From Schmidtea polychroa (taxonomy: Eukaryota), in assembly GCA_044892525.1 (NCBI GenBank), contig CM097885.1, positions 6,078,001-6,142,000 of the forward strand: a DNA stretch of 64,000 bases, in the 5' to 3' direction. Position numbers and translations under genes: made by a program. Shown in pieces: positions 39,291 through 53,178 of this stretch (the first letter of the stretch is position 1; every line of letters starts with the position of its first letter). Below the pieces are notes generated by a model that did not search any database, had not been told where the DNA came from, and saw nothing but the letters and a program-made list of their open reading frames with translations.

Positions 39291-40228
39291 AAATTAAAAA
39301 GTTGGTTAAGGTCACAAATTTGAATTCACATTATTTAGTTAATTGAAGAAAACCCAACGCCTTTATTAAAACAGGACTGATTTTATTGCTAATTGGAGCA
39401 GTCCTATGAAATCCGGTTCAAATAAGGATTAGTTTTAAGAGTTTCAAAGAAAAATCTATAACATACTAGAGGTTATTTTTCTCTTTAAAAGTAGTGAATT
39501 CATAGAAACGTCAAGGGATATCCAGAAATTAAGTTGAAATGAATGAGGTATTTTCTTTTAAGATGCCAATGCCTTTATAACATTTTCTGGACAAATGATA
39601 AAAATTTAATTTTTTTCATAAGTAGTGCCTGCACGATACAAAATATTTAATTTATTTATTAATGAATTAAATATTTGAAGAGAGATAAATTGTCAATTTT
39701 CAAAATACAGTGAACTTCAGTAAAAGATTGAACATGTTTCATTCGCTATGCTTTAATCGATTAGCTTCAAATGCAAAAGTTTGTTATTTTAATAATAAAT
39801 TCTTGACAAATGTTACGTTGTGTTATCTTCTTTTCCCTAAATTATAAAACACAATTTTTCATATTTAAAATAATTTTTTTTATTTTCAATGACCATTTAA
39901 GTAAATCAGAAAAATAAAAATGATACATGAAACAGAATGCAAATCTCCAATAGATTACACCGTCAGTATCAAACCTGTTGACATCCCTAACTCAACTGTT
40001 AACATTTTGAAATTGTCCTTCTCAAAATACTTTAGATATTAACATGAAAAATGTGATACTTTGGTTGTTATAGTGACAAATGTCACCTGCAGTTCAGAAA
40101 GGGTTCATCTCATTTTCAATAAAAACCAACAAACATTTAAAAAAATTAAATTTAAATAAAACTGCAGACATTAATTATCAGTGAAATCATTATAATAAAT
40201 TGTCCAATCGGAAATCGATGCAACTAGC

Positions 40229-40654
40229 TTGCTATACCCAATCATTGAACTGCGGCAACTGATTATTATTTCCACAGAATTCATCACCACTGCCTATCTT
40301 TATATAATTTTATCGATTAGTTCAACCAATCTTCCATCATCCAATTCTTTAACAGTTGTTGAGATCAACGAAAAGCAAACGGATTTCCTGACCAATACAA
40401 CATCTAACGCAATGACCATATCTCAGATAACAGATGATGATTATGTTCTGGAAGATGTCGGTAGTCTCCTACGAAAAGTCGATAAGAGCAAAATTCCAGA
40501 AGAGTTGCGTATCAGTAGCATGAGTATGATAGTAATACTCCTTCATTATTAAATAATAAATTCCAGATTCATTACCACAACCGGAAGGTGAAAAATCGAA
40601 ATTTCCCTTGGAAGAAACTGCTATAGATTATCGGTCTGATTACATTCTCGTCTG
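40229..40654 (+). CDS. Possible small multi-exon protein gene (hydrophobic N-terminus)
   Basis: ORF 40229-40552 plus plausible CAG acceptors (~40277, ~40566); no recognised domain. Confidence 0.25.
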
Positions 40655-40847
40655 ATTTTTTTTTTGTTTCATTATTAATTTTTCATTATTTACCAATTGA
40701 TTTCTTTAATTAATTATCTTTTTCAAATTGGCACTGACGAATCAATTTAAGTCCTATTCGAGGGTGCCTGACACTTTTATTCCGTGAATATTTAGGTCAC
40801 ATTGAGCCATTATATGGACTTAACTTTTAACAAATTACATTTTTCCC

Positions 40848-41290
40848 ATGGCATCAAAGGCCTGTTATTGCTCTATTTCATGTAGATAAACGCTATTTAT
40901 TCTTCTAAATGAGAATTTACATTCAATATAAATTCACTATTAACTTGACAAATCGCTACACCAACTAAGAAAGGCCATGCACCACTACTCAACGAATCCT
41001 GAAAGAACTATCAATCTGTCAATCCTCACAGTATCCGGACCTGGTGAAATTTCCCGTGTTGAGTAAAATTAAACCGTAGGTACCACTCATTGTTTTGTCT
41101 TTCCATCAATTCCTTAAAGCTTCAGCTTTGCGACCATACTTCTCTCTAAACCCAAAGATTTTGGTTTCTCGGTGACGTCTAGTAAGAATAATTAAATCAT
41201 ATTTACTAAATGGCATTTGACAGTTTATGGTCAGAACTAGGAAGGCATTTGATCGTCTTGGATTAATAAAAAACATTCTTCGCAAATTAT
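40848..41290 (-). pseudogene. Degenerate 18S rRNA fragment
   Basis: Reverse complements of conserved SSU motifs (GCAATAACAGG..TGATGCC, GTGCATGGCC.TTCTTAGTTGGTG, GATTGACAGATTGA, CTCAACACGGGAAA, GTATGGTCGCAAAGCTGAA) with many substitutions and a deletion. Confidence 0.9.
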
Positions 41291-41741
41291 TTCTGCAGAA
41301 TTTCATCTCTAGCATCAGTAAACATATACATAGACACACTTAATCATTAGTTCGGTTAAAAAATGATTAATTTTCCAAATTTACTTCCGCAACTATATAG
41401 GAATAATTTTTTTTGAGATTGGGTTGGGCACAAAATTTACTCGAACTCATTAAGGACTAACTATATATTAATATAAAATGTCCGCTTTCAGTCTAGTAAT
41501 ACTTATATCGATGATGCGTTACTTTCAATAATTTCACCAAACATTCAAATATAAACAATTATACATGACAAAATTGTAACCAAAAAATTTACCCATTATA
41601 TACCAAGAAATTTTAATGAATTACTAAACTACATTTATTAAAGACATTATAGAAACAAAAGTCCATTCTGATATTTGTATTTAAAAATAATCACAATTCA
41701 AAAAATTAAAGTTATATCCAAAATTTTATTACACTTTCAAA

Positions 41742-42724
41742 TTAATCGAAAAGACCCATTCCAATATCACTTCCTTCTTCTTCACTTTCGCTTGAAGAGG
41801 CAGCTTTATCTGTTTCTTTTACTTCAGCCTTTACTTCAACAGGTGCCGAAACAACAACAGCAGACGCGAATTTAGATGGATCGGCCAAATATTCCTTAAT
41901 ACCTTCTGCTTCCTTCATTTTATATTCAGATTCAACTGACAATGCAATCATAGATTTGATTGCATTGGCAATTAAGTGTGGTACTGATGCCAAAGTTGGT
42001 TTGTTAAGAGCCAATGATACAGCGGCAACCTTTTGGACACCAATCATAAATCCTTTCATGATATCGTCTTGGCTGATGTTCAAAGCTTCAGGACTGTAGC
42101 ATGATCCATTTTCATAGATCTGTTGGATTTTCAAACCATATTGGAAAGGGTATATTTTCAACATCTGAAGAAGTTGAGCTTCTGATTGTTTGACAATATC
42201 TCCTTCTTTGATCAAATCGACATCGTTGATGATTTCAATGGTACCTCTTGTAATTTTAGTTGGAATTTGAAGAGCCTAAAAAAGAATATAGATAGAAAAA
42301 TTAATAAATAATAACATACTTGGAAAAATGAAGTCTTTTCTGGGCCTAAAGTTGTCAATTGTTTTGGAACTTGTACACTAACTGGAGCCAATGCATCGGC
42401 TTTTGCTGGGGCTTGAATTTTTTGAGCCAAGATAATATCTTTTATTTCATTCAAGTCACTATTTGTAAAAACAAAGCCAATGTTTCCCTTAAGGTGAGGA
42501 AATAGTTTCACAAATTCAGGGGCGGTTGATTTGTTTTTGTTAATAACAAATTTCATCAATGTATTTTTTCCTAAAACAATTTCAGCTTGTCCTCTCAACA
42601 ATTTACGGATATTTTGCATCTGTTGACTGGCAACATTATCAGCATTTACAATGAAAATTTTCTGATATTGTTCAAATTTAGTTTTCAATTTTGCTGCATA
42701 ATCGATCTTCTTTTGCAAAACCAT
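41742..42724 (-). CDS. RPLP0: 60S acidic ribosomal protein P0 (uL10); exons 42320-42724 and 41742-42275, 44-nt intron 42276-42319
   Basis: ADNVASQQMQNIR..LRG....GKNTLM, GNIGFVFT, GPEKTSFFQ|ALQIPTKITRGTIEI, C-terminal DIGMGLFD. The GT-AG intron restores the frame (312 aa). Confidence 0.97.
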
Positions 42725-44098
42725 TTTTAAAGTTTTCTTTAATTACGCTTATAATAAATTTAAACAAACTTTTATTCACTGTTAATTATAATTGTTTATT
42801 AATTATTATTATAATTAAAGTTTTAAATATTGTTAATTTTAATAATTACTTGATTAAATTTTAAATTGTATTTATTTAACATTTGTTATTTACTTATTTT
42901 TACTTATGATATTTAATAATTAATTTATAAAAAATTTCATTTATAAATTATTTAAGTCAATCTTGATAATAAAATATTAATAACAAATAATTGTTGTTCA
43001 ATGCATTCTATAGTTAACATTGAGTTTACTTTCATTTGTTTAGATCAATTAAATTATTATTATAAAAGCAATAGTAATTTAAATATCAAAATTAATTTAA
43101 TTTAAGACATGTTAGTTTGAATTTTTGTAGAAAATATGCATGTCACTAATTGTTTTTGTGATTATATACGTTACAAGTTTCAATTTCAATAACAGTTTTG
43201 TGTATATTGACCATAGTCTACATACGTTATATAATAAATACATAAATTAGATATAAATTACCAAAGAAAAGGCCATTAGTTGTGGTGGCATAAGTTCTTG
43301 CCAACTTCCTATAAAAGGTTAAAGAAGTAATAATAATTTTTAGTTTTCTTTCCGTGTGCAAAGGCAATCTATTTACATTTACTTTTATTTTACACTGACT
43401 AATAAATAAATAATTACAATAAATTTAGGCAGCTGTCAAATTATTCTCATTTTCCCTTTAGTCATCTAAATCCTAACTTTTCTTAATTTTCAAAGATACG
43501 AAAAACAATATTTGTTGAAAACTTTACATGAAATCTATTACCAATTCTACTTCCATCATTTCTCCTTTCTATAAATTGTATTCTTCTCGCATAGGAGCTA
43601 TGTCGATTAATTATGGGTTTTTTACACATAAATGTATGTTAGCCAAAAACTAGGACAATAATCTGGTTGTTTAATCAAAAAGAAAATCCCAAAATGTCAT
43701 CTAAAATAGCCGAAAAAGTAGTCAAGGAAAGAGATGAAAGAAAAGAGTATTTGTGGACAAGAAGAAGCGGTGTACATAAAAAGAACCCAGCAAAATCAAT
43801 GTTTAAAAATTCTATTCTATTATAAAAATCTAATATAGAAGTGTAGGTGCTGATTCAACAGTTGAGTGATCGAGTAGCTATAAGCACCCTCAAATAAATA
43901 AAATAGTGACTGCACCGTTTGCACTCAATAAACGCACCTATAATATAAAACAAAAATCAAAATGTGTATATTATATAAACATACAAACTTACCTGCTTGT
44001 TGATTAATAAACGCATTTAATATAAAAAGTGAGAAAGTGGTAGAAAAAATAAACCGACACACACAAACACAACACATAGTAAAAATGCATGCAAATTT

Positions 44099-44102
<4 letters not shown>

Positions 44103-44163
<61 letters not shown>
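44103..44163. repeat. (TA)n microsatellite
   Basis: Directly visible. Confidence 0.95.
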
Positions 44164-44165
<2 letters not shown>

Positions 44166-47100
44166 GTTGCAATGAATAAACTCACTATAATAAATCATTT
44201 ACAGACATTTTTAGAATTTTTTAGAAAAAAATGAATGAAAAAATTTTTAACGAAAAATTCGAAAACTCAACTTTGAGTTCTATAGATAATGAAGACATTA
44301 TTTCGTAAGATTTATCTTAAATTTTTAATAAATTTAATAGTTTTTTAGTATTTCACCTTGCCCTGAAATCTCAACTTTGCCGTCTGATGTTTGGAAAAAA
44401 ACTAGAAAATCGTATATTTTATTAACTTAAATTTAAAAATTAATATTGCTATAGAATTTCAGAACCTGACAAACAGAAAAAAGACGAATATAAAAATTTA
44501 AAAAACTATTTTCAACACATCTACCGTTTTTCCTTAAATGTTGTAAAAAAAATTGATATTTTTGGTGATTAATAAATTGTATTTCTTACTTAATTACTTA
44601 ATAAAATAATAATAAAACTCACATTATATTGAAATAATTCCAAATTATAATGATAACATCTAAAACTCCTGAAAAATTAATTAAAAATAATTTATAATAA
44701 AAAATGTTGATAAAAAGTATTATTTAAGAGCTTGAATAATGATCTCATATCTAAGTTCACTTTAAATTAAAGAGAAATTACTTGAAAGCCATTTCTAAAA
44801 TGGCTAGATACAAATAGTTAAATTAGCTAAATAAAATAGCTAATAAATAAATAAATAGTGGTTAAACTGAATGCATATTAAATTAACCATATAGTTAAAT
44901 TTCATAAAGAATGACGCATCTATAATTGGTTGTACATACCAACCCAAATTATAGGTACGTTTATTCAGTGCAAACGGGTGTACAATGAAAATTCTCGGTT
45001 GGACTCTGCACACAGTAGACTCCTACATAAATAAACAAAACACATACACAAAACCATGACAGCTAAAAACCAAAACTCCTTAAAAATCAAAGAATCTCAG
45101 AACCACTTTAACCAAAACTCTACAAAACTGAAAAACAGCATTACAAAACTAACCAGCGTCTTTATCCAACAACAAACTTTAATTGGTATATAAACGTAAA
45201 TTGGAGATCTAAATATATACAAAATCATAATTTTCACGAAGCAAAAACTCGCGAAAACTTTCGGTAAAAATATAAGAAAAAATAATACCTAGAGAAAAGG
45301 AAAAAAGACATTGTTTACAATACCACAGCAAAACAGTAAGAAAGGAATTATTGTTAAATTATTAACAAAGGACGAAACTGTAGTAGCCATTGGAATTCTG
45401 TAAAGGATAGCCGCGATCGCCAGGAACAACTTGGTTTCTGAGTAGGATGGGACTCGACCCACCCCAGGATCTGTCTGTACTCGTCACGAAGCTCAATAAA
45501 GGTAAGAATTTATTGGCATTGCATGAAATAACTAGAAAAAGAAGTTGGTTTAATAAACGTGACTTATACAAATAAATGGAACCTTATTGTTAATTCTTGG
45601 TTAAATCGTCCTTTTCATTAGCTATAATATTCAGTTACTGTTGCGAATCGTTGAATATTTCTTTCCCTGGTTTCGTATAGCCTTCTTGAGGTTTTGCATA
45701 ATTCGGAGTTTTCTTTTATAAATTGTAGTTTTTATTTGAATTGAGAGATTTCCGTGGAGATTCTTCTATGAAATGGTATATTGTTTCCTTTGCGTTTTTC
45801 TATTTCCTGGTTTTTTGAGTTTTTTATTGAATCGTTTGAAAGTTTTTAGCGTGATTTTCTAGTTAAATAGAGTTAATATTTCTGTTTTTGGCTGTTTGAT
45901 TGTCTGTGAGAGTTTTGAGTTCATTTTAGATAGAATTTCGTCCTTTGAATTTTGAGCTGAGCAGAGTACTGTGTGTTGTGTTTTACATCTTTCTTGCTAG
46001 GGTATTATACTCTTGCTTTTAACACAGGTGTCCATGCTAACTTGGTTTAATGTATATCTCTCTTGGATGTTCAATGTATCAATCTGAGGACCAATTATCG
46101 GTTGAATCATTTCAGGTTGATTCGGCACCTACCCTTTCTTAGCCTTGAAATTTGAAAATTTTATTAAAGTCCAAATTTGGACATGAAATATAATTTTTTA
46201 GGGATTTTTGAACTCTCATTTTTCTTCTTCTTTGATGGTAATTCACTTGCCCTTTTATTATTTCTTCTTTATCTCTTTCTACTTTGGTTATGTCTTTTTC
46301 TTGTATTTTTGATAACTTTTAGAGTTTCAGGTATTCATATGTTCGCCACTGTGTCGATATATGATGAATATTGTATGATATCGTTAATAATATATGAAAA
46401 CTCATCGTATGATAATGGTGGTATACAAACTTTGAAAAGAATCACATGCTTATTGTATATTCATAAACATTGTAAATTATTCCGATCATTGTGTAAATTA
46501 CTGCTACAATCATTTTAAAGGAAAATTAACTATTATATTTAGAAACTTTCAAAATTAAAAATAAAGAAACGAATAAAAAACAAAAATAAATAACAGGAAA
46601 CTCCTTGCATTTTTCATATCGTGCATTATTATTAGTATTTCTACAGTATTAATAAAACCAATAATACAATGTTTTTGAAGCAACCTCCTTTTTATTATTT
46701 CTGTTTTTATTTTTAAATTTATTTTTAATTTTAAAATTTTAAAAACGAGGTTTTGAAATCGAGGAGGGTAGGCTGCAGCCTACTAGGCTACACCCTGGCT
46801 ACGCCTATGTTGCTGTTATTATAAATTCTTTTATCGTTTTACCATCAGTTTGGCGTTTATGCCATTATTATTAGTGGTAGTATCATTACCATGCGACCAC
46901 CGACTAAGCTGCAACACTTATGTCGTTTTGTGAAAATGTGGAAAGAAAAGATGTAAACAAGCATAGGTGTAGATTTTTCCCCAATCTTTACCCATCACTC
47001 CTTAAAAGAAAATATTTTAAGTTAGCATAGTTGTACTAATCATAATAATAATCTATTTTGCTGTCCATCATACCGATCCAAAATTGACTATCATAGTTGA

Positions 47101-48559
47101 AGACACTGTCAATATATTACAGAAGAAACGACTTTCTGGTGACTGCAGTCAATTTCAGAAAACTTGAGTGATGTGGACCTTGTGTTAGATGATTCAGATA
47201 ATATTGTTATAGTCGGTGTTCCACAAACAACTACTGGTAGTATAGAAGATAATGAAATTAATCTCAAAGATCATTACAGATGCCACGTATTTAATCCAGT
47301 TCTTGACTGTGTACTGGAGGAACTATGAAATCACTTTAATCAAGACAACAATCCAATCATGCTGGGCATTTGAGACTGTCATCCACCAGGTTTTTTTACA
47401 GTATTTCATATATTTCTTAAAAACTCTTAATTTTGTAAAAGTTAAATTTCAAATATTCAACCAGGTTCTTCTACCTCTTTTGATTTATAGGGGAAATAAT
47501 TAAAAATCGTAAATTTTATTAACTTAATTTAAAAATAGAACATGACAAAATTTGTGAAAATTGTTGAGAATCACCAAAAAATCAATTAGAACAATAATTT
47601 ACAGATACAAAACTTTGGAGAAATTTCCAAAGGAAAAAGAAATTATTTCAGAAGAACAAGTCAGATAATTTCTGACTCCTCGTGTCCTTATCCAATAAAA
47701 TAAATAAAAAAACCCAACACAGAACAACTTTATTGAATCTTTATCACAATTACAATTAGTCACTCAATTTATACCTTCCTTTCGTCGACAATCGTTATCG
47801 TAAGGTAGGTTGCCCAAGGGGTATTCACCTTTCTGGTACGATAACTTATAATATTCCTTAGATTTACTTGAAATATTTGCTCCTTAATTATCTTTGATTT
47901 CGTAAGTCCGTACTAATTTTGTTTCTTCGATTAACTGGCAACTCGTCTCTTTTGAGCTTTTCCTCTTTTATTTTTTTAAAAGGCATTATCAATATTCCAA
48001 TTAATTCCCTCGGAGATTACTGACATTTCACCACTAATTTACCCAATCGTGAAATTAGTGAAATCAAAATTCAACCCTTAAAATTTACTTAAAATTAAAA
48101 AACTTACTTAAAAGTCATTTCTAAAATTAAATAAATTAACTTACAAACTTAATTTTCTCATAAATAGTGAGTCACCTGCAATTGGTGTACACAGGCCGGA
48201 GAGAGGGGAGACGGGTATTGGAGAGGTGCACTAAAATTTTTAATCGTAACAGAAAAACTTGAAAACTACGCACACAAAAATTACAACTGTTGATTTACTT
48301 CTTTTCGGATGGTAAATCAATCGTTTTTCCGTTGATTCTAATCTTAAAGATTTTTCGATGGATTCAATGGTTTCCACCTTTGATTTATCGTTAAATGACG
48401 ATTTAAAATTTTTTTCAAATTCAAATCAACTGTGAAAATCAACAAAAATGAATTTTAAACATCAAATCAAATATGAAAACTTTCAAATTAATGAAAAATT
48501 CATTGATTTCAGATTTTTGTAAAGATTTTCAGAAAACTTTTGAATCAATGGATTTAGGC

Positions 48560-48682
48560 GCTGATTTTTTCCTGTGTGCAACTATAAAACAAGATAGACT
48601 AAACCATTTAGCAATTCTTTTCATTGAATCGATTAGGGCCAGACAATTGAACTTTGACTATATCATTTCGGAATTCGCAAAT
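48560..48682 (+). mobile_element. hAT C-terminal dimerisation-domain fragment abutting the truncated gag
   Basis: TIKQDRLNHLAILFIES...LNFDYIISEFA. Confidence 0.65.
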
Positions 48683-50176
48683 TTAATGTTTCCATCTTTC
48701 TTGAATTTCTCTGGCTTCCTCGTTTTGTAATCTTTGCCATTCGACTCGTTGCTGATCTTGTTGTTGCTTACTTGGTTGGTTCCGGATTTCCTCGGTGCTC
48801 TGCATCATGTTGATTCGTTGTTGTTGGTTATTAGTCGGTATTCGCTGGATCATATCTTTTAATTGTTCGATTTCCTGCATGAGGTTGATTTGTGTGTTCT
48901 GAACTGGATTGTTTGATCCTGGTTGATTTGGTTTGGTTCTCATCGTGCATTCTCTTGCCATGTGTCCAGGCTGATTACAATTGTAGCAGGTTCTGGTTCC
49001 TCCTCTGCCCATAGACATCATGGGTCCTCTGCAGACATTTTCCGTGTGGCCTCTTCTCCCACACTTTTGACACATCCTTGCTTTATAACATTCATTGCTC
49101 CAATGCCCTGGTCGTTGGCATATGTTGCACGTTCGATTGTTGATGTCGTTGTTCCTGAAATTATTAGTAAAATTTTGAATATTACCTCCATTGTTTTGGT
49201 TTCTTGTTTGTGGAGTTTTGAACAACTGTTGCGATCCTGGGATGAATTGATTCATTACTGGATTTGCATTATTGACTTGGTTGTTTGTGGTTGTTGCTGT
49301 TGTTGCTGGAGCTGCTGGGGCTGCTGTCATTGCTGCTACTTGTATTGGTGTTAGGTAAGTTTCACATTTGTTAGCTATTTTTAGTGCTTCTTCTAGCGTC
49401 TCTGGTGCTCGGCATCCCAAGGTTGCTCGTATATCCTCCCGTTTCATACCATCTATGAATACGGCTATTATCTTGTCTTCCGGAACTGGTTGATTTGAAT
49501 CGAAGGCTTCTCTTGCTAGTCGTCTCAATTCACATGCGTATAGTGCATTGGATTCACTATATTTCTGCTTTCGATGTAGAAAGTCTAACATTTTCCGATT
49601 TCCTTCCTTTTCGGTACCGAATGTTTTTATTAGAAACTCTTTGATCTCTTTCCACGTTCTCAATTTTGTTGCATCGCATTTCGTCTCCAAATATACATCT
49701 TGGGCGCTTCCTTTTAGATATAGGGGTATTCGTTCTCGTACGGTCAGATCTGGCCAGCGGCATATCGTAATATATACTTCGAATTCTTTTATAAACGTTT
49801 CCAACTGGTTTATATTTCCATCGAATGGCTCTCCTCGAAATTTATCTCTAAATACCCCTGGTTCATTTAGGTTTCCGTCCGACATTATCTCTTGGCACAG
49901 TACGGTTATTTCTGTTGTCTCGGATATATTTTCCTCTTCGTCAGTTGATTCGACGTCGCTTATTGGATCTAATTCGGTTCGTTTAGGATCGTCGCTGTTC
50001 TCAAATTCGTTAGTTAAACTTTCTGATTCAAATACTATTTCCACCGATTCCGGTTTCTTGTATAGTTTTCTGTTTTTCTTGGCTCTTTGTATCTCTTCCT
50101 TTTCCAATAAACTAAGGTTTCCTTTACTTTTTCGTCTGGTTCGGCTAGCTATATTATCAATTTTTCCTCTTTTCAA
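48683..50176 (-). CDS. gag: Ty3/Gypsy Gag with three CCHC zinc knuckles, 3'-truncated (pol absent)
   Basis: FDG...FIKEFE, YLKGSA, RKQ...ES...Y..ELRRLA, PETLEEA; CNICQRPGHWSNEC, CQKCGRRGHTENVC, CYNCNQPGHMAREC. Confidence 0.92.
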   Translation of the reverse strand: MKRGKIDNIASRTRRKSKGNLSLLEKEEIQRAKKNRKLYKKPESVEIVFESESLTNEFENSDDPKRTELDPISDVESTDEEENISETTEITVLCQEIMSDGNLNEPGVFRDKFRGEPFDGNINQLETFIKEFEVYITICRWPDLTVRERIPLYLKGSAQDVYLETKCDATKLRTWKEIKEFLIKTFGTEKEGNRKMLDFLHRKQKYSESNALYACELRRLAREAFDSNQPVPEDKIIAVFIDGMKREDIRATLGCRAPETLEEALKIANKCETYLTPIQVAAMTAAPAAPATTATTTNNQVNNANPVMNQFIPGSQQLFKTPQTRNQNNGGNIQNFTNNFRNNDINNRTCNICQRPGHWSNECYKARMCQKCGRRGHTENVCRGPMMSMGRGGTRTCYNCNQPGHMARECTMRTKPNQPGSNNPVQNTQINLMQEIEQLKDMIQRIPTNNQQQRINMMQSTEEIRNQPSKQQQDQQRVEWQRLQNEEAREIQERWKH

Positions 50177-50978
50177 TATCCTTTGATAAATTTTCTACTT
50201 CGTTGATCGAGCTTTGATGTTTCTAATTATTGTTTCACTTTTCTTTAATCTTTACAATTCTCTAATTCCTCTTGGATTTGGTTTTATTGATTTCCTTGAT
50301 TCTTCGCTTTTGATTGCTTTCTCTATCTCGCTTGATTTCTATTGCTTTCTTGATTTCTTTGATTTCTTTCTGAATTGTTTTCTTTATTCTAAAATAATTA
50401 ACACTTCTAGTACATATCATAAATTCTCTTTATTAACCCTTCATTTACTTTCCATTTTCCCTTTATTTTACTGTTCCTTGGCTCCTAATTTTCCAGCTTT
50501 CCTACACTTCTCGTCATTCATCCCATTTGATTTTAAGTCGATTTTAAATTATCTATAACTCGTATCAATTATCTATATAGTCGTATCAATTATCTATCCC
50601 TTTTATAACCATCAAATAAATATAATTTCAATTATATAAGTATCAAAAGAAATATATCATTAATAAATAAAATTCAATAATTCAACTACTATCTATTCGT
50701 TCGCTTTCCCCATCCAAAAACTGGTTTCATTTTCGCTTGCGCCGGCGCTTTATCATAATTCTCCTCTACTCATTACATATTTATCGCACTTAATCTTTTT
50801 CAGTTTAATCAATTTCATAGTTAATCATTGATGCTTTGGTTCGCGCGACCTCTACATCCACCTTTATTTACCATCGGCTCTCTGGCCGGTTTGTTCAACT
50901 CCTTTATTTTCATTTAAATCATTTCACTCAATTACCATCGGCTCCTTGGCCGGTTTAATCAACTCATTTTAATCTCAT

Positions 50979-51300
50979 GAAGTCTTTTACGACTCCTAGA
51001 CGCCTGGGCTTTTACGCCATTACGCCATATAATCTACTATTACCCATCAACGCTTTGGTTTGTTAGACCTCCGCGTCGGCATCGGCTTCCGGCCGGTTTA
51101 ATCAAAATTGAAGTCTTTTACGACTCCTAGACGCCTGGGCTTTTACACCATTACGCCGTATAATCTACTATTACCCATCAACGCTTTGGTTTGTTAGACC
51201 TCCGCGTCGGCATCGGCTTCCGGCCGGTTTAATCAAAATTGAAGTCTTTTACGACTCCTAGACGCCTGGGCTTTTACACCATTACGCCGTATTCGCGGTC
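50979..51300. repeat. 131-bp tandem repeat (~2.4 copies) in the retroelement leader
   Basis: GAAGTCTTTTACGACTCCTAGACGCCTGGG starts at 50979, 51110 and 51241. Confidence 0.9.
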
Positions 51301-52695
51301 TTCGGTCCCTGACCGGTTTCAAATGCCCTAAATAAGGTTTCTTCAACCCCCAGACGCCTTCGGTTTTAACACCTACTATCGTCCCTACCGCGATTAAATT
51401 GAGTTGACAGTTGACTTTCGGGCTAATCAAAAATTCGAGGCTCCTCCTACTCAAACTCTTAATCTGCTGAGGCCTCACAACTGGCTCAATTCTTGGCCGC
51501 TTATTGAAAAGAGTCTAATACCGGTAACTCTAATCTCATCGCCGTTTCACTGGGCCTATCGGTACTCGGTGTGGGCATCCGGGTTTTGTACCGACCCCTG
51601 CTAGCAATAATCACGAAGAAAAAACATCCTATCTATCAGGATTTAAAAAACACGGAAATGCCTAATCGCCTTGATCGTGATTCTCAAAAGTGATGAACCA
51701 GATCTCCCGACTAGTGAAGCTAAAAGGAAATTGGATATGCAGTTGACTCTCGGTCTCCCGCCTCACAACTGGTCCAATCTTGGTTGCCTGTTGAGTACGA
51801 GTCCTTTACCGGTTGACTCGCATCTCACAACCGTTTCACTGGGCTCCTTGATACTCGGTGTAGGTAACTGGGTCTCTTTCGCTCGCTACCCTTCCGGGTT
51901 TTTGTATCAAGTCCCGCTAGCAACTCTAAAAAGTGCGCCCAATACTCGGTGTGGCATCCGGGTTTTTGTATTGGGTGATCCAGCATCATCAGTCCCTTGG
52001 CTGATAATCTCCTGGACACTACAGTCCGGTGGTTAGCCGCTGTACTCGGGTGCCTCATCACTCGCTAGGGAAAAATCATTATTCTCATCTGATTTGAAGT
52101 CCAAAAACGGTTTCTTCAAATCCGCAGCTGCTCTCGGATTAAATTTTTAACATTTAGCGCGCGTTTTTCAATTTTTATTTTATTTTTCTATTTTTATTCG
52201 CCCTTTTAGTTAGTCCCAGTCTCCCAGACAAAAATATAATAATCGCGTTGGTTCGTTTCCCACAAGTGGTGATCAGTCACTGGACAGAAACTCCGCAACA
52301 TTTGCGATGGATCCTACTACATTCTCTCATCAGGGTGATCAGGATTTCCCCATCCGGGCAAGTGTCGTAAGGACGATTCACTTGTCATCCCCTCATTATC
52401 GTATCTCTTTATGCCAAAATAACAAAACAGGAAGAAAAGAAAATTGGAAATAAAATTCGTACTGATCTTATCGACCAGCTCATTCATGCGACTATGATCA
52501 GTCCTGCATTCAATTTTGATTTTAGTTCTAATTGCTGTGTTGCTTGTCTATTTATTTAACGTATTCTGTGTTCTTTATATGTCTATGTTCATCGTATGTT
52601 TTATACCTTTCGGTTGCTATAATGGATTTTTAATATAATTTACTAATTTTATCACTTCATATTCATTCACAAGAAATTTATTTGACAACATCTCC

Positions 52696-53178
52696 TTATG
52701 GGAGGTATATTACAATTTTCTCTCTAACATTCGTATCGCATACGTCGCATCGTTTAATATTCTCTGCGCAATTCTCGCAGTAGCATAAATGACCACATGG
52801 AATCGTCATTACTCGTATTTCATTGGTTCTGCATATGAAGCATTTTCTAAAATCTTTAACTTGATGTTCGATTGCTTCTTTAATTTCTTCCTCGATCGTT
52901 TCCATTTTTATCATTATCTCCTGCCATTTGATGTTAAATTTGGCATTATCTAATCGTAAATTTTGAAGTTGATAAACTCTTTTAGTGGTCAATTCTGCAT
53001 TAGGTGTCGCTATTTTCATCATTACACATATTTCCTCAGCTTGCGGTCTTGGATTCAAACTCATCTCATCTTGGATTTTTATCAACCGGTCCGCTTTGCG
53101 ATTTAGCCGTTGTAACGAATTGTGTGTTAAATCTACGAATTTTTCGAGTCTCTTTGTAATGTAGCCGGTTGATTCCAT
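52696..53178 (-). CDS. Coiled-coil + C-terminal IAP/MDM2-type RING finger protein carried by the retroelement
   Basis: CFIC...IPCGHLCYCENC....RCDVC...V...I.IYLP; intronless, between PBS and gag on the same strand. Confidence 0.85.
   Translation of the reverse strand: MESTGYITKRLEKFVDLTHNSLQRLNRKADRLIKIQDEMSLNPRPQAEEICVMMKIATPNAELTTKRVYQLQNLRLDNAKFNIKWQEIMIKMETIEEEIKEAIEHQVKDFRKCFICRTNEIRVMTIPCGHLCYCENCAENIKRCDVCDTNVREKIVIYLP

Noticed and set aside
44930..46130. Strand-asymmetric (A-rich then T-rich) segment suggesting a large inverted repeat
   Set aside because: I could not align the arms convincingly by eye; a dot-plot is needed.
48923..50558. Plus-strand ORFs over gag (also antisense ORFs over the integrase, pogo and DDX51 genes)
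   Set aside because: Shadow frames of recognisable genes on the opposite strand or frame.
52250..52335. Hammerhead ribozyme on the minus strand (CTGATCA-CCAC..GTGG-GAAAC; CTGATGAG)
   Set aside because: The core has C in place of the essential G8, and the alternative CTGATGAG lacks a pairing stem II; stems I/III not evident.
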